64,000 bases of DNA from an uncultured Verrucomicrobiae bacterium (GTDB lineage Bacteria > Verrucomicrobiota > Verrucomicrobiia > Chthoniobacterales > UBA10450). The first letter of the stretch is position 1; the number at the start of each line of letters is the position of its first letter. The stretch spans positions 480,001 to 544,000 of the forward strand of contig CAWFGO010000002.1 in NCBI GenBank assembly GCA_963815455.1. The letters run 5' to 3'. The notes beneath the pieces are model-generated. The model was not told the DNA's origin and made no database searches. It saw nothing but the letters and a program-made list of their open reading frames with translations. Position numbers and translations under genes: made by a program. This document shows positions 49,591 to 59,305 of this stretch, one piece after another.

Positions 49591-49591
49591 T

Positions 49592-50359
49592 CTAAAGTTC
49601 GTCCTCGATCAGCACCGGCGTGCGCTCCGGCCGCCGGTCGAATTGCAAGGAAAGCAACGCCAGCACGTGAGTGGTGGCGGCTTCCAATTCCGAAATTAAT
49701 CTTTGGGCCCGGCCGCGGAAGAAAGCGTAAAAAATCATGGCGGGAATGCCAATCGCCAAACCGGCAGCGGTGTTGACCAGCGCTTCGCTGATTCCCTGCG
49801 AAAGCGCGACGTAACGGGCGGACCCGATATCGGCGCCGAGCGCTCCGAAGGAATGGATAATGCCGAACACGGTGCCCAGCAGACCAAGCAAAGGCGCGAT
49901 CATTCCAATGTCGGCGAGATAAATAACGCGATTGTTCAGACTGGCCGCGACCCGTGTTCCTTCTGTCTGCGCGATCTCGCGGACCTGTTCGAAATTCGCG
50001 TTTGGATTCTTGGTCGTGAAATCCAGAATTTTTTGGACGACCCGGGCGATGGCTTCGCCGTGCCGATTCGACACCGCCAGCAAACCCAGGTAATCGCGTT
50101 TCCGCAAAAGCGCGTCTGCGGTTGCCATGAATCCACTCGAAACCACGGCGCCGCGCCGAATCGTCATCAGATACGTGATCACCAGCATCAGAGAGAAGAT
50201 CGACAGCAGAAACAGCGGGATTATCACCGGGCCGGACTTGAAGAGCGCGTCGAGCACGGTTTTCTGATGCGGCAAATCCGGACCGAGCGCGGGCGCGGCA
50301 TTTTGTGCCAAAACAGGAGTTGCCAGGGCCGCTGCGATCAGCGTGGAGACGATTTTCAT
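49592..50359 (-). CDS. exbB: MotA/TolQ/ExbB proton channel protein
   Basis: IAPLLGLLGTVFGII.SF, GISEALVNTAAGLAIGIPA. Confidence 0.9.
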   Translation of the reverse strand: MKIVSTLIAAALATPVLAQNAAPALGPDLPHQKTVLDALFKSGPVIIPLFLLSIFSLMLVITYLMTIRRGAVVSSGFMATADALLRKRDYLGLLAVSNRHGEAIARVVQKILDFTTKNPNANFEQVREIAQTEGTRVAASLNNRVIYLADIGMIAPLLGLLGTVFGIIHSFGALGADIGSARYVALSQGISEALVNTAAGLAIGIPAMIFYAFFRGRAQRLISELEAATTHVLALLSLQFDRRPERTPVLIEDEL

Positions 50360-50443
50360 GCCGAGAATCCGATAATCATAGGCGAGCCAGGAAGGGATGC
50401 AATAGCCGCGCACAAAGGTAAGACCGCCTAATGGCGAAGTTGC

Positions 50444-52414
50444 TCAAACGAATCGGTCGCCGCCGGCCCAGCGCCGGACCCGAAAGATATGGGCCGGTTG
50501 TATTTCCGGATCGAGCTCAACGTAATTTCGGCGCCCGCGCCAGATGTAACGCGCCCCGCTGAGAAGATCGTGCACTTGATATGTATCGCCTTCCATCTCG
50601 CCGAACTCATCGATCGGCACATCGACATAGGAATCCTGTTTGCGATGCGGGTCGAGGTTGACCACCACCAGAATGATGTTGTCCCGGGCCGCGGTCATCT
50701 TCCCGTAAAAGAGGATCGAATCATTATCGGCCTCGAAGAAACGAAGATTGTCGTAAAGCTGCAGCGCGCGGTTTTCCTTCCGGATTTGGTTTAAGCGCGT
50801 GATCCAGTCCTTGATATTTCCGGGCGCATCCCAGTCGCGTTCCTTTAACTGATACTTCTCGGAATCGAGATACTCCTCGCGTCCCGGAAGAGCGGCGTTC
50901 TCGCAAAGTTCGTATCCGCTGTAGATGCCGTAAACACTCGACATCGTCGCCGCGAGCACAACGCGAGTCATGAATGCCGGCCGGCCGCCATCCTGCAAAA
51001 TAGGCGGCAAAATGTCCGGCGTGTTTGTCCAAAAATTCGCGCAGAAGTATTCGCTCATCTTGGTTTGCGTCAGCTCGATTCCATATTCGGTGAGCTCGAG
51101 TTTCGAGTTTCGCCATGTGAAATAAGTATAGCTTTGAGTGAAACCGGCCTTGGCCAGGGCTTTCATCATCTTCGGCCGGGTGAATGCTTCGGCGAGAAAA
51201 AGCACATCACGATATTTGGCACGGACGTTCGCGATCAGATATTCCCAGAAGGCAACCGGCTTGGTGTGCGGATTATCAACGCGAAAGATGCGCACACCGC
51301 GATCGGCCCAAAAGATGATAATGCTTACCATCTCGGCCCAAAGTTCGCGCCAGTTTTCGCAACGGAAGTTTAACGGATAGATGTCCTCGTATTTTTTGGG
51401 CGGATTCTCGGCATATTTGATCGTGCCATCGGGCCGTTTGTAAAACCATTCGGGATGCTCGCGAACATAGGGATGATCGGGCGAGCAATTGATCGCGAAA
51501 TCAAGCGCCAGCTCCAGGTTCCGCTTTCGAATCTCGCCCATGAGCCAATCGAAATCCTCCAGCGTGCCGAGCGACGGCTCGACCGCTTTATGCCCACCGG
51601 CTTCACTCCCGATGGCCCACGGCACGCCCGGATCGCCCGGATCGGAGGTAATCGAATTGTTGCGGCCTTTCCGATTGGTGTGACCGATAGGATGGATGGG
51701 CGGGAAATAAATGACATCGAACCCCATCGCTTTGGCATCATCGAGTCGCGGCAAACAATCGCGGAATGTCGACCCTCGATCGCCCCAGCCTTGAGCTGAG
51801 CGCGGGAAAAATTCGTACCAGGCGCCGATACGGGCTGCCGATCGATCGACAATGACGCGCGGATATGGAGCGTATTGGCTGGCGTCGGTGCGGTCGGAAT
51901 ACGTCGCCATCAAGACCTCGAGCTCGCCGGAATGGATGATGCTGTTTACCTTCGCGCTCTTCACGGTGCTGATTTGTTGCGACAGCTCGACCAGGCGTGC
52001 CGTGTCCGTGGGATCGAGCGCGCGTTGCGCGGCGGCGCCGACCAGGGCGGCGCCTTCCAGGGCCTCGCTCGTGAGATCAGCGATGCCGCTTTCGAATTTT
52101 TTGCTGAACTCGACTTGCCATCCGCGAAACGAGTCCGTCCAGGCTTCGACCGTGTATTCGAAGGTGGCGCTTTCGTAAAGCGTGCAGACACCGCGCCAAC
52201 GATCGTTGTCGACCAGCGTCATGGGCGTTTCCTGCCAGCGATTCTCCCCGAGCATTCGCCACTTCAGCACCGCGGCGACAACGTCGTGCCCATCTCGAAA
52301 AATATCTGCCTCCACCGCCAGGTCCTGGCCGGCAATCCGTTTGACTGGATAGCGCCCGCCGTCGACTAACGGCTGCAAATTCTCGATAACAACGGATGGA
52401 AAGGCCCTAAGCAT
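50444..52414 (-). CDS. glgE: alpha-1,4-glucan:maltose-1-phosphate maltosyltransferase
   Basis: WYEFFPRS, PPIHPIG, YAENPPKKYEDIYP, FRVDNPHTKP, QSYTYFTWR, NTPDIL. Confidence 0.95.
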   Translation of the reverse strand: MLRAFPSVVIENLQPLVDGGRYPVKRIAGQDLAVEADIFRDGHDVVAAVLKWRMLGENRWQETPMTLVDNDRWRGVCTLYESATFEYTVEAWTDSFRGWQVEFSKKFESGIADLTSEALEGAALVGAAAQRALDPTDTARLVELSQQISTVKSAKVNSIIHSGELEVLMATYSDRTDASQYAPYPRVIVDRSAARIGAWYEFFPRSAQGWGDRGSTFRDCLPRLDDAKAMGFDVIYFPPIHPIGHTNRKGRNNSITSDPGDPGVPWAIGSEAGGHKAVEPSLGTLEDFDWLMGEIRKRNLELALDFAINCSPDHPYVREHPEWFYKRPDGTIKYAENPPKKYEDIYPLNFRCENWRELWAEMVSIIIFWADRGVRIFRVDNPHTKPVAFWEYLIANVRAKYRDVLFLAEAFTRPKMMKALAKAGFTQSYTYFTWRNSKLELTEYGIELTQTKMSEYFCANFWTNTPDILPPILQDGGRPAFMTRVVLAATMSSVYGIYSGYELCENAALPGREEYLDSEKYQLKERDWDAPGNIKDWITRLNQIRKENRALQLYDNLRFFEADNDSILFYGKMTAARDNIILVVVNLDPHRKQDSYVDVPIDEFGEMEGDTYQVHDLLSGARYIWRGRRNYVELDPEIQPAHIFRVRRWAGGDRFV

Positions 52415-52488
52415 GAGCCATCAATCAACTGAAATTCGCAGCTAGCGAAAGCGGAAATCGCACCCGGCGGCCGGGATCGGCATTGCCC

Positions 52489-53130
52489 CTAGGTCGCGAA
52501 ATAAAAGGCGCACTCGAACAAGCCGGAGTTGCGCGACTCCTCCCGGCGCACTTGAGTGCCCAGAATGGCCTGGAACATCTGTTCTTCGAGCCGGCCAATA
52601 ATCGGATAGTAATCGAGCAGGTTCATGATCGGCGAATGGCATTCCAGGATGTGCGGGCTGGCCTCTTTCTCGCCGGCAACGAACTGGGCCATGTAGCCTT
52701 CGCCATCGCGGGTGCGGGCAAGCCATTTGGCGCGCTCAGCCACCGTTCCACCTTTAACCTTGGCCTTGAGACCAGCGGTCCTTTTCTCGAAAAGATTATA
52801 AAGAAGTTTTTCTGGCGCGTTGGTTCCGTGAATTTCCTGAATCGATGTCAGCAGTTCGAGCGTAAATTGATTGCTATCGACAGTGAAAAGGTCGTGGCTC
52901 CGGCGGGTGAGCCGGTAAACCATTTCAGGACGGCCCATCTTTTGCGGGCGCCGCCAGGTATCAAGGTAGCCGTCGCGCTGGAGAGTCACGCAATGCTGCT
53001 TGATCCCCATGTAGCTCATCTTCATTCGTTGGACGAGCTCGTTGACCGACATCCCCTTGGTCCGCTTAAGCGAATTAAGAATCTCAAGCCGCTGGGTGCG
53101 GCCAATTTCTGCAAGCAATCGTTGATTCAT
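52489..53130 (-). CDS. winged-HTH transcriptional regulator (SufR-like)
   Basis: HTH, then GRP..VYRLT, GYMA, ECHSPI and a C-terminal Cys. Confidence 0.8.
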   Translation of the reverse strand: MNQRLLAEIGRTQRLEILNSLKRTKGMSVNELVQRMKMSYMGIKQHCVTLQRDGYLDTWRRPQKMGRPEMVYRLTRRSHDLFTVDSNQFTLELLTSIQEIHGTNAPEKLLYNLFEKRTAGLKAKVKGGTVAERAKWLARTRDGEGYMAQFVAGEKEASPHILECHSPIMNLLDYYPIIGRLEEQMFQAILGTQVRREESRNSGLFECAFYFAT

Positions 53131-53216
53131 AGCCAGTAAATTGAAACGCGGACTTTACACGCCGACCTCTTCAAAAGGCAACATCGAAATTACGCAACTT
53201 GCCGAGAAGAAGGAAA

Positions 53217-54143
53217 TTACGACACCTTCGATGTCGATCCTGGCCGGAAAGGGAGTGCTACGATTTCGACCGGCGCCCGCGCAACATCCGCTTTCTCCGC
53301 ATCAAACGCCTCCAACTTGCCCCCGACATCGTTGAACCCACGCTTGACGTAGCCCAGCGCAATTTCCTGGCCTTCGCTCCGCGTGGCGCTGGTGACCCAG
53401 CCTGCTTCCTTGTCCCCCCGCTTCAGTCTCATGCCGGGCGAAAGCGGGAGGGCATTCAAAGAAACCAGACCGCATAATCGCTTGTTGGTTTGCCCCGACA
53501 TCTTGATTCGGGAGATCACCTCCTGCCCGATGTAGCAGCCTTTTTCATAATCGACCGCGCGGCTCTCGAGATTCGCTTCAATCGGAATGATCTCTTCCGT
53601 CAACTCCCGCCCCCAACGCGGAATTCCCTGCTTGATTCGGAAGACCTCCGCGGTCGCGTCATCAAAAAATCGAAAGCTGTCCGATAATTCCTGCAGAACA
53701 GAGTCGTGGCGCGACGAATCTATCCATATGTCCCACCCGGATTCGACGAACCGCCGGACGGACACGACGCGACAATCGCTGCCGGCTTTGGGCGGGGCCG
53801 GAGTCAAAACGTGGAAGATCGACAATCGCTCGGCGATGCTCTCGATTTCAACGTCGTCGGCGATTACGTAACGATCGAGCCTGGCCGGGAGGGTCTCTCG
53901 CAACTCGGAGTCGGCATCGACAAAGAAACTGTCGTGGGTGCTGGAGGCGAAAACGTGGGCGTTCATTTTGCCTTTCGCGCCCAAGATGCAGGCTTCAATC
54001 GCGGCGGATTCAGTCGCTTTGCGCACGTCGTTGGTGAGTTGTCCGTTCAGAAAACGCAACCGATCGCTTCCGGTGACGCGGATTTTGGCTCGCGAAGACA
54101 GATCGAAAAGCGAATCGATCGAGCTCTGAGACGGCGCCGTCAT
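53217..54143 (-). CDS. ygfZ: folate-binding protein YgfZ/GcvT family
   Basis: G.DRLRFLNGQLTND, KGCYIGQEVISR. Confidence 0.9.
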   Translation of the reverse strand: MTAPSQSSIDSLFDLSSRAKIRVTGSDRLRFLNGQLTNDVRKATESAAIEACILGAKGKMNAHVFASSTHDSFFVDADSELRETLPARLDRYVIADDVEIESIAERLSIFHVLTPAPPKAGSDCRVVSVRRFVESGWDIWIDSSRHDSVLQELSDSFRFFDDATAEVFRIKQGIPRWGRELTEEIIPIEANLESRAVDYEKGCYIGQEVISRIKMSGQTNKRLCGLVSLNALPLSPGMRLKRGDKEAGWVTSATRSEGQEIALGYVKRGFNDVGGKLEAFDAEKADVARAPVEIVALPFRPGSTSKVS

Positions 54144-54166
54144 TGTCTCTTGGCGCGAATTTCCGA

Positions 54167-55360
54167 TTAGTAGTCGCTCTGACGCCGCAACAAGCGGCTT
54201 AGAAAACCGCGTCGGGGTTCTGATTCCTCCGCGAGGTCTTCCTCAGGCAAATTTGTGTTATCTGCCGCATCGCTGTTTTGAGTTCGCGGCAGGTGTTCTT
54301 CAGCCACAGGGGCAATAGGGGTGAATTCAGGAATCGCGGAAACGACCTCGGCATTACCGCCGGGGACCGGCGCCGCAGGGATGACCGGAACGACCGCGCT
54401 AGCGTGCTCCGGTTGAGGAGCCTCAGGCGAAGGCGGTGGGCTCGGTGGTGGCGGAGCTGGCGGTTGTTCGAACAAACCCAATCCAGCTTCATCACGAGGC
54501 TGCGCTTGGGCCACAGCGAAATATTTCCGGGCGATGGCCGAATAATCTTCGTCTCCATAACCATGCTGCATCTGCTCGAGCAGCCGGTCCCGGGTGGCGG
54601 TCGTCACCGCCAATTCCAGATGATAGGACAACCCCATCCGGGTCGCGATCTGAATGTCTTTAAGCATGTGCTTGATCGAAAAATGCGGATCGAAATTCGT
54701 GTCGATCATTTTCGGCAGCTTCATGGCCAGAGTTTTGGAATTGCTGGCATTGCCGCGCACCGCCTCGACCAGTTTCTGCAAAGGCAGGCCAACCGTGCTG
54801 ACCAGCGCAAGCGCCTCCGCCCCGGCTTGAACGCTCGCGGCGGTAATCATGTTGGTGGCGATCTTAATCGCCGTGGCCTGTCCAATTTCGCCGATCAAAA
54901 TAAATTCCTTGCCGCTGGCTTCGAGAATCGGCCGCGCTTCCTGAAGTGCCATCTCGTCTCCTCCGACATAAAAAATCAGCTCGCCTTTTTCCGCTGCTTT
55001 CTTGCTCCCCGTGAACGGTGCTTCGATAAAACGTGCGCCCCGCCGTTCCACAATGTCAGCCGCCTCCCGCATCGTATATGGGGCCACGGTGGAGTGCGCG
55101 ATGACTACGTGCCGGGGCGCCAGTGCCGATGCCAGTTGCTTGCAGACCTCAAGGAGCGCCTCGTCGTCGGACACAAAAATTTGCACGAAATCGCACATCT
55201 CGGCGATCTCCGCCGGCGCGCCGACGAAGTTCGGTACCGGCCGCGGGGTACGATTCCAAACGAAAACGTGAAACCCCTTTTTGCGAAGGTTTTCCGTCAC
55301 TCGGCTGCCGATAATACCGAGACCGATCACTCCTACATTTTTTCGTGTTCGACGGGACAT
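54167..55360 (-). CDS. NAD(P)-dependent oxidoreductase (3-hydroxyisobutyrate dehydrogenase family) with Pro-rich C-terminal extension
   Basis: GLGIIG, WNRT, EAPFTGS, KIATN, F.PHF...HMLKD. Confidence 0.88.
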   Translation of the reverse strand: MSRRTRKNVGVIGLGIIGSRVTENLRKKGFHVFVWNRTPRPVPNFVGAPAEIAEMCDFVQIFVSDDEALLEVCKQLASALAPRHVVIAHSTVAPYTMREAADIVERRGARFIEAPFTGSKKAAEKGELIFYVGGDEMALQEARPILEASGKEFILIGEIGQATAIKIATNMITAASVQAGAEALALVSTVGLPLQKLVEAVRGNASNSKTLAMKLPKMIDTNFDPHFSIKHMLKDIQIATRMGLSYHLELAVTTATRDRLLEQMQHGYGDEDYSAIARKYFAVAQAQPRDEAGLGLFEQPPAPPPPSPPPSPEAPQPEHASAVVPVIPAAPVPGGNAEVVSAIPEFTPIAPVAEEHLPRTQNSDAADNTNLPEEDLAEESEPRRGFLSRLLRRQSDY

Positions 55361-55475
55361 AAGCCTTAGGTTCCCAGCCGAAGCGGGAACCTCCAAACGA
55401 CCAGACTGCAGGCAAAGTCGCTTCCAAGCAATCCGGAAGTTTATGAATTTTACAGAGGCCGCCAGCCCCCTATGG

Positions 55476-56474
55476 CTAAAGCGAAAGCCGCACGAAACGG
55501 GCTTCCCGCACGAGTTTATCCGCCAGGCGCTGAACGATCTCCCGTCGCCTGTCGTTCTCCAGCTTTAGGCGAATTTCGCCCTTCGCTTCCTCGAAATTCA
55601 TCTGCCGTGCCGGACGGGAATCAGTCAATTTAACGATATGAAATCCCAGTAGCGTCTGGATGGGAGCGCTAAGTTGCCCGAGATGCATTTTGTCGATGGC
55701 GGCAATAAAATCGGGCGGCATCCGGGACGACGAGAAAAATCCGAGATCGCCACCTCTTATTTTGGTGGCCTCGTCCTCCGACATCAGACCGACAAGCTCG
55801 GAAAAATCCTCACCGTGACTTAACCGAACGGAAACGGAGTCGATGGTCCGCCGTTTAAGATCGACAACCGGCGCTGGAGTCTCAGCCGGGGCGGCCAGGA
55901 AAAGATGGCTGGCTCGAAAACGCGCCGGCAAGGCAAATGCTGCCTGATGTGCGTCAAAATATCCGGCGCACTCGTCTTCCGTGACTCGTGTTTCGTTCCC
56001 AAGCCGCCGCTCGATCCATTTCTGCGCTCGAAGATTGTCCGCGATATACGCGCGCAAAGATCGAGGCGACAAACGATTCCCTCCCAGCGCGGCGATCCAG
56101 ACGTGCCGGTCGCGAAATTGAGACCGAATGAGATCGAATTCACGATCGATCTGTATTTCTGAAATCTCTTCCGTTTTCGAATGCTGTTTTACGGCAACTG
56201 TTGCGATCAAGCGCGCTAGAACCGCGCGTTTCGCATCGACATCGTCGGGATCGACAGCGTCCCGGCCCTTCGCGTAATCCAATTCCTCGATCTCGCGTTC
56301 AACATCCGTTTCGTAGATTCCCTCCCCACCCGTCAGCGCGAGCAGATGGCCCCGCCCGAATCCGCCTCCGATGACATCACGGCACGTAACCGAATGGCAG
56401 ATCAATTGACCGAGCACGATTCCCGCGGCGCCCGCCGCCACGCACAATCCGGCCACCAGACCAGCGCGGTTCAT
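55476..56474 (-). CDS. parvulin-type peptidyl-prolyl isomerase (SurA/PrsA-like)
   Basis: ASHLF, SEDEATK..GGDLGFF, S.PIQT..GFHIVK. Confidence 0.85.
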   Translation of the reverse strand: MNRAGLVAGLCVAAGAAGIVLGQLICHSVTCRDVIGGGFGRGHLLALTGGEGIYETDVEREIEELDYAKGRDAVDPDDVDAKRAVLARLIATVAVKQHSKTEEISEIQIDREFDLIRSQFRDRHVWIAALGGNRLSPRSLRAYIADNLRAQKWIERRLGNETRVTEDECAGYFDAHQAAFALPARFRASHLFLAAPAETPAPVVDLKRRTIDSVSVRLSHGEDFSELVGLMSEDEATKIRGGDLGFFSSSRMPPDFIAAIDKMHLGQLSAPIQTLLGFHIVKLTDSRPARQMNFEEAKGEIRLKLENDRRREIVQRLADKLVREARFVRLSL

Positions 56475-57391
56475 TTCAACGCAAATTCCTCCAGATAATA
56501 CGCGGCGACCGTTCCAACGATCTGCAAACTTTCCGCGCTGATCTTGTCCATGGTGTCACCGGGCGTATGCCAAGCGGCGAAATCGAAGTCGATAAGATCG
56601 ATCGTCGGAATTCCGATGGCGTTAAGCGGTGTGTGGTCGTCGGTAATCTCGAAATCGAAATAGGTGAAGTAACTGCGCAATTTCAACGCTTCGGCGGCGG
56701 CGAAAATGTCGTGCACCATTGCGGCGGGCGAATCCGGCGGCACCGTAATGTTCAGATCACGATCCCCCACCATGTCGAAGAGGATCCCGCCGCGAAATTG
56801 CTTTGCGGCTTTGCCTTCAAGTTGCTGGGCAAAATAGCGGCTGCCATAAAGACCGTCCTTGGCCGAAAAACTTTCGTAGGCCTCTTCGCCGTCAAAGAAA
56901 ACCAGCTCAACCTTTGCCGCCAACCGCGGGTGCTGGCCGAGAACTCGCGCCAGTTCCATCAACAGACCCGTGCTGGAGCCACCGTCGTTCGCTCCAACGA
57001 AACGCTTATTATAAAGCGTCTTGGTGTCGTAATGAGAACACAACAAAAACGACGGCGCTGTTTTCTGCGCCGCCGCAAAGCGGGCGATCAGGTTAACAAA
57101 TCGGACTTTTCCCTGGGGCGTGTCACCGGTGAATTCCTGGCGCTCGACCTTCCAACCCGCCTGCCGAAGCTGATTGTCGATGTAACCGCGAGATTTCTCG
57201 ATGGCATCGGAAGCCGGCGGACGCGGCCCGAAATCTACCAGCTGCTGGACGTGGGCGAGCGCTTTTTGGCCGGAAAATTCGCGCCAGATTTTCTGTTCCG
57301 GCGCGACCGGCGATTGCGGACGACGGCAGGACACGAGGAGCAGAGCAAAAAGGAGTAATGGAGCAATGGAGTAATGGGGTAAACGTTTCAT
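56471..57391 (-). CDS. M28 family peptidase / glutaminyl cyclase-like lipoprotein
   Basis: LVSC lipobox, SHYDTK, GANDGGSS, DGEE, DMVG, DDH, WHT. Confidence 0.88.
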   Translation of the reverse strand: MKRLPHYSIAPLLLFALLLVSCRRPQSPVAPEQKIWREFSGQKALAHVQQLVDFGPRPPASDAIEKSRGYIDNQLRQAGWKVERQEFTGDTPQGKVRFVNLIARFAAAQKTAPSFLLCSHYDTKTLYNKRFVGANDGGSSTGLLMELARVLGQHPRLAAKVELVFFDGEEAYESFSAKDGLYGSRYFAQQLEGKAAKQFRGGILFDMVGDRDLNITVPPDSPAAMVHDIFAAAEALKLRSYFTYFDFEITDDHTPLNAIGIPTIDLIDFDFAAWHTPGDTMDKISAESLQIVGTVAAYYLEEFALK

Positions 57392-57426
57392 TCTTAGACA
57401 GCACTCCATCACTCCACCGAGAGCGC

Positions 57427-58329
57427 TTAGCTTTCGCTCGCCTCTAGCCCCAAGGCGGTGACGACCCTTTGAAGATCGTCGTTCCCGTAGTATTCGATCT
57501 CGATCTTTCCTCGCTTTTCTCCATGATGGATTCTCACATGCGTGCCGAGATGCTGTTGCAAACGATTCTGCAAATCTTCGATTGCAGCGGAGCTCGAGGC
57601 CGGTCCGGTCGCGCGCTGTTTTCGACGACTCTTGCCAATTCCTAGCTGTCGCGCCACCAGCCGTTCCGTCGCCCGAACGGTCGCGCTGCGTCGCAAAACC
57701 GTTTCCGCGGCCAGGAGTTGCTCCTCCGGTATCTTTAACGCGAGCAATACCTTGGCATGTCCGACCGAAAGGAGATTCTGCGTAACCCAAATCTGCACCT
57801 GTGGATGCAGATCGAGCAGCCGCATCGCGTTCGCCACCGCGGCCCGGCTGCGCCCGACTTTTTGGGCAATGTCTTCCTGCCGCAGCCGAAATTCGCCGGC
57901 CAATCGCGCGTAACCCTGCGCTTCTTCGATCGGGTTCAGGTCGGCCCGTTGCAGATTCTCGATCAGAGAAATTTCAAGCACCTCGAGATCGCTGGCGGTG
58001 CGAATGATCACCGGTACCTGGCTGAGCCCGAGTTCCTGGGCCGCGCGCCAGCGGCGTTCCCCCGCGATCAACTCCAATCGACCGCCCATTTGGCGGACGA
58101 TGAGGGGTTGAATAATGCCGTGCTGCTTGATCGAATCGACCAGTTCCTGTAGCGCTTCCCGGGCAAAATCCTTCCGCGGTTGTAACGGGCTCGGCACAAT
58201 ACTGGCCAGGCCGACCTCGTGAACTTTCTCCCTTGAATCGGCATCGACCTCGGTCCGAAGCGGCGCAGGCCGGGTCCCGATCAGCGCGCCGAGCCCCTTG
58301 CCGAGACCGGTTTTAGCCATCTTCGCCAT
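57427..58329 (-). CDS. parB: ParB/Spo0J partition protein
   Basis: GLGKGLGALI, QPRK.F, GIIQP, IAGERRWRAA, ENLQRADLNPIEEA, GHAK.LL. Confidence 0.95.
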   Translation of the reverse strand: MAKMAKTGLGKGLGALIGTRPAPLRTEVDADSREKVHEVGLASIVPSPLQPRKDFAREALQELVDSIKQHGIIQPLIVRQMGGRLELIAGERRWRAAQELGLSQVPVIIRTASDLEVLEISLIENLQRADLNPIEEAQGYARLAGEFRLRQEDIAQKVGRSRAAVANAMRLLDLHPQVQIWVTQNLLSVGHAKVLLALKIPEEQLLAAETVLRRSATVRATERLVARQLGIGKSRRKQRATGPASSSAAIEDLQNRLQQHLGTHVRIHHGEKRGKIEIEYYGNDDLQRVVTALGLEASES

Positions 58330-58545
58330 CGTGCTGAGGCTACCGGAACAGCTCTCACAACGCAAATCTGTAGCGGCGGTCTCCGACCGCCGTTCTCCTC
58401 GCCTCTCTGCGCCAGCGCCACAACCCTGCTGTAGCCGCGGGCGCCGACCGCGGCCTCTTGGTTCAAATCCGTAATCGCTGACCAGCCTTCGCTCGCGACA
58501 GCATGGCAGGCACCTTCCTCACCCGGAATCCCCCTACCAAATCCG

Positions 58546-58686
58546 CCAACAAAAAAGCGGAGACTTCTCTCCGCTTTTTTGGTAAAGAAACGCTTCGGTT
58601 CGAATGTGCTTTCACCATCAACTCTCAACTCTCAACGGCTTCTGAGTCCGCCTGGCGAATAGGGAAACGGTCTGCATTATCTAACT
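58546..58686 (-). ncRNA. putative structured small RNA / repeated element, copy 1
   Basis: Shares three conserved blocks and a terminator-like hairpin (aaaaaagcggagagaagtctccgctttttt) with 59306-59408. Confidence 0.4.
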
Positions 58687-58700
58687 TTGTCGCAAATGCG

Positions 58701-58927
58701 CTATAGCCTCTCCCAATCTTCAAGGTTGATTTTGCGTTCGATGATTTCTTCAACCTGCCGCACCAGCATTCGGACTTGAGGCACTGAGTATTCGGTGTTG
58801 GTGGGGATCGTCTGACGGTTTGAGCCCAATGTCATGAACTGATGGCGCGTGCCGGAATATGGGCCATCAAAGCAGCGCGCGAAGTTTACGGATAAAATCG
58901 CGACTTAAGTGGGCGCCAGCCGGCCAT
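58701..58927 (-). pseudogene. hicA: HicA-like toxin with two apparent 2-bp deletions (pseudogene or assembly error)
   Basis: Reconstructed MAGWRPLK.RDFIRKLRAL.FDGPYSGTRHQFMTLGSNRQTIPTNTEYSVPQVRMLVRQVEEIIERKINLEDWERL; overlaps the hicB end. Confidence 0.7.
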
Positions 58928-59168
58928 TCTTCACCTTGTTCAGATCAATACCGGCAATGACCGGCAGCTTATGACCGAGCCTCAGGCCAACCAGAATCCA
59001 ATCTTCCAAAGTCGAGCGCAATTCGTTTTCGCATTCCCGAAGTGACTTTGCGAAAGCAATTATCCCTTTGAGCTTTGGAATTTCTCCGGAGAAAGAGCCG
59101 TCTTCCAGCTTGTCGTAGCGCGCCAGTCCGAGCGCGGCTTCGAGGTAGGCAGTTAGCGGAAACGCCAT
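58905..59168 (-). CDS. hicB: HicB family antitoxin
   Basis: LEDGSFSGEIPKLKGIIAF...ECENELRSTLEDWI.V.L..G..LPVI. Confidence 0.8.
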   Translation of the reverse strand: MAFPLTAYLEAALGLARYDKLEDGSFSGEIPKLKGIIAFAKSLRECENELRSTLEDWILVGLRLGHKLPVIAGIDLNKVKNGRLAPT

Positions 59169-59305
59169 GTCAACAGAATAGGCCACTCAATTACGGAAAC
59201 AAGCGCGTTCACAACGGCGCCCCCGGATTTGATTGAACCCGGAACCCTAAGCGACACGAATGGGCACGCCGCTGCGAGGTTCCTTTGCGCAGATGACCAA
59301 TTGCC

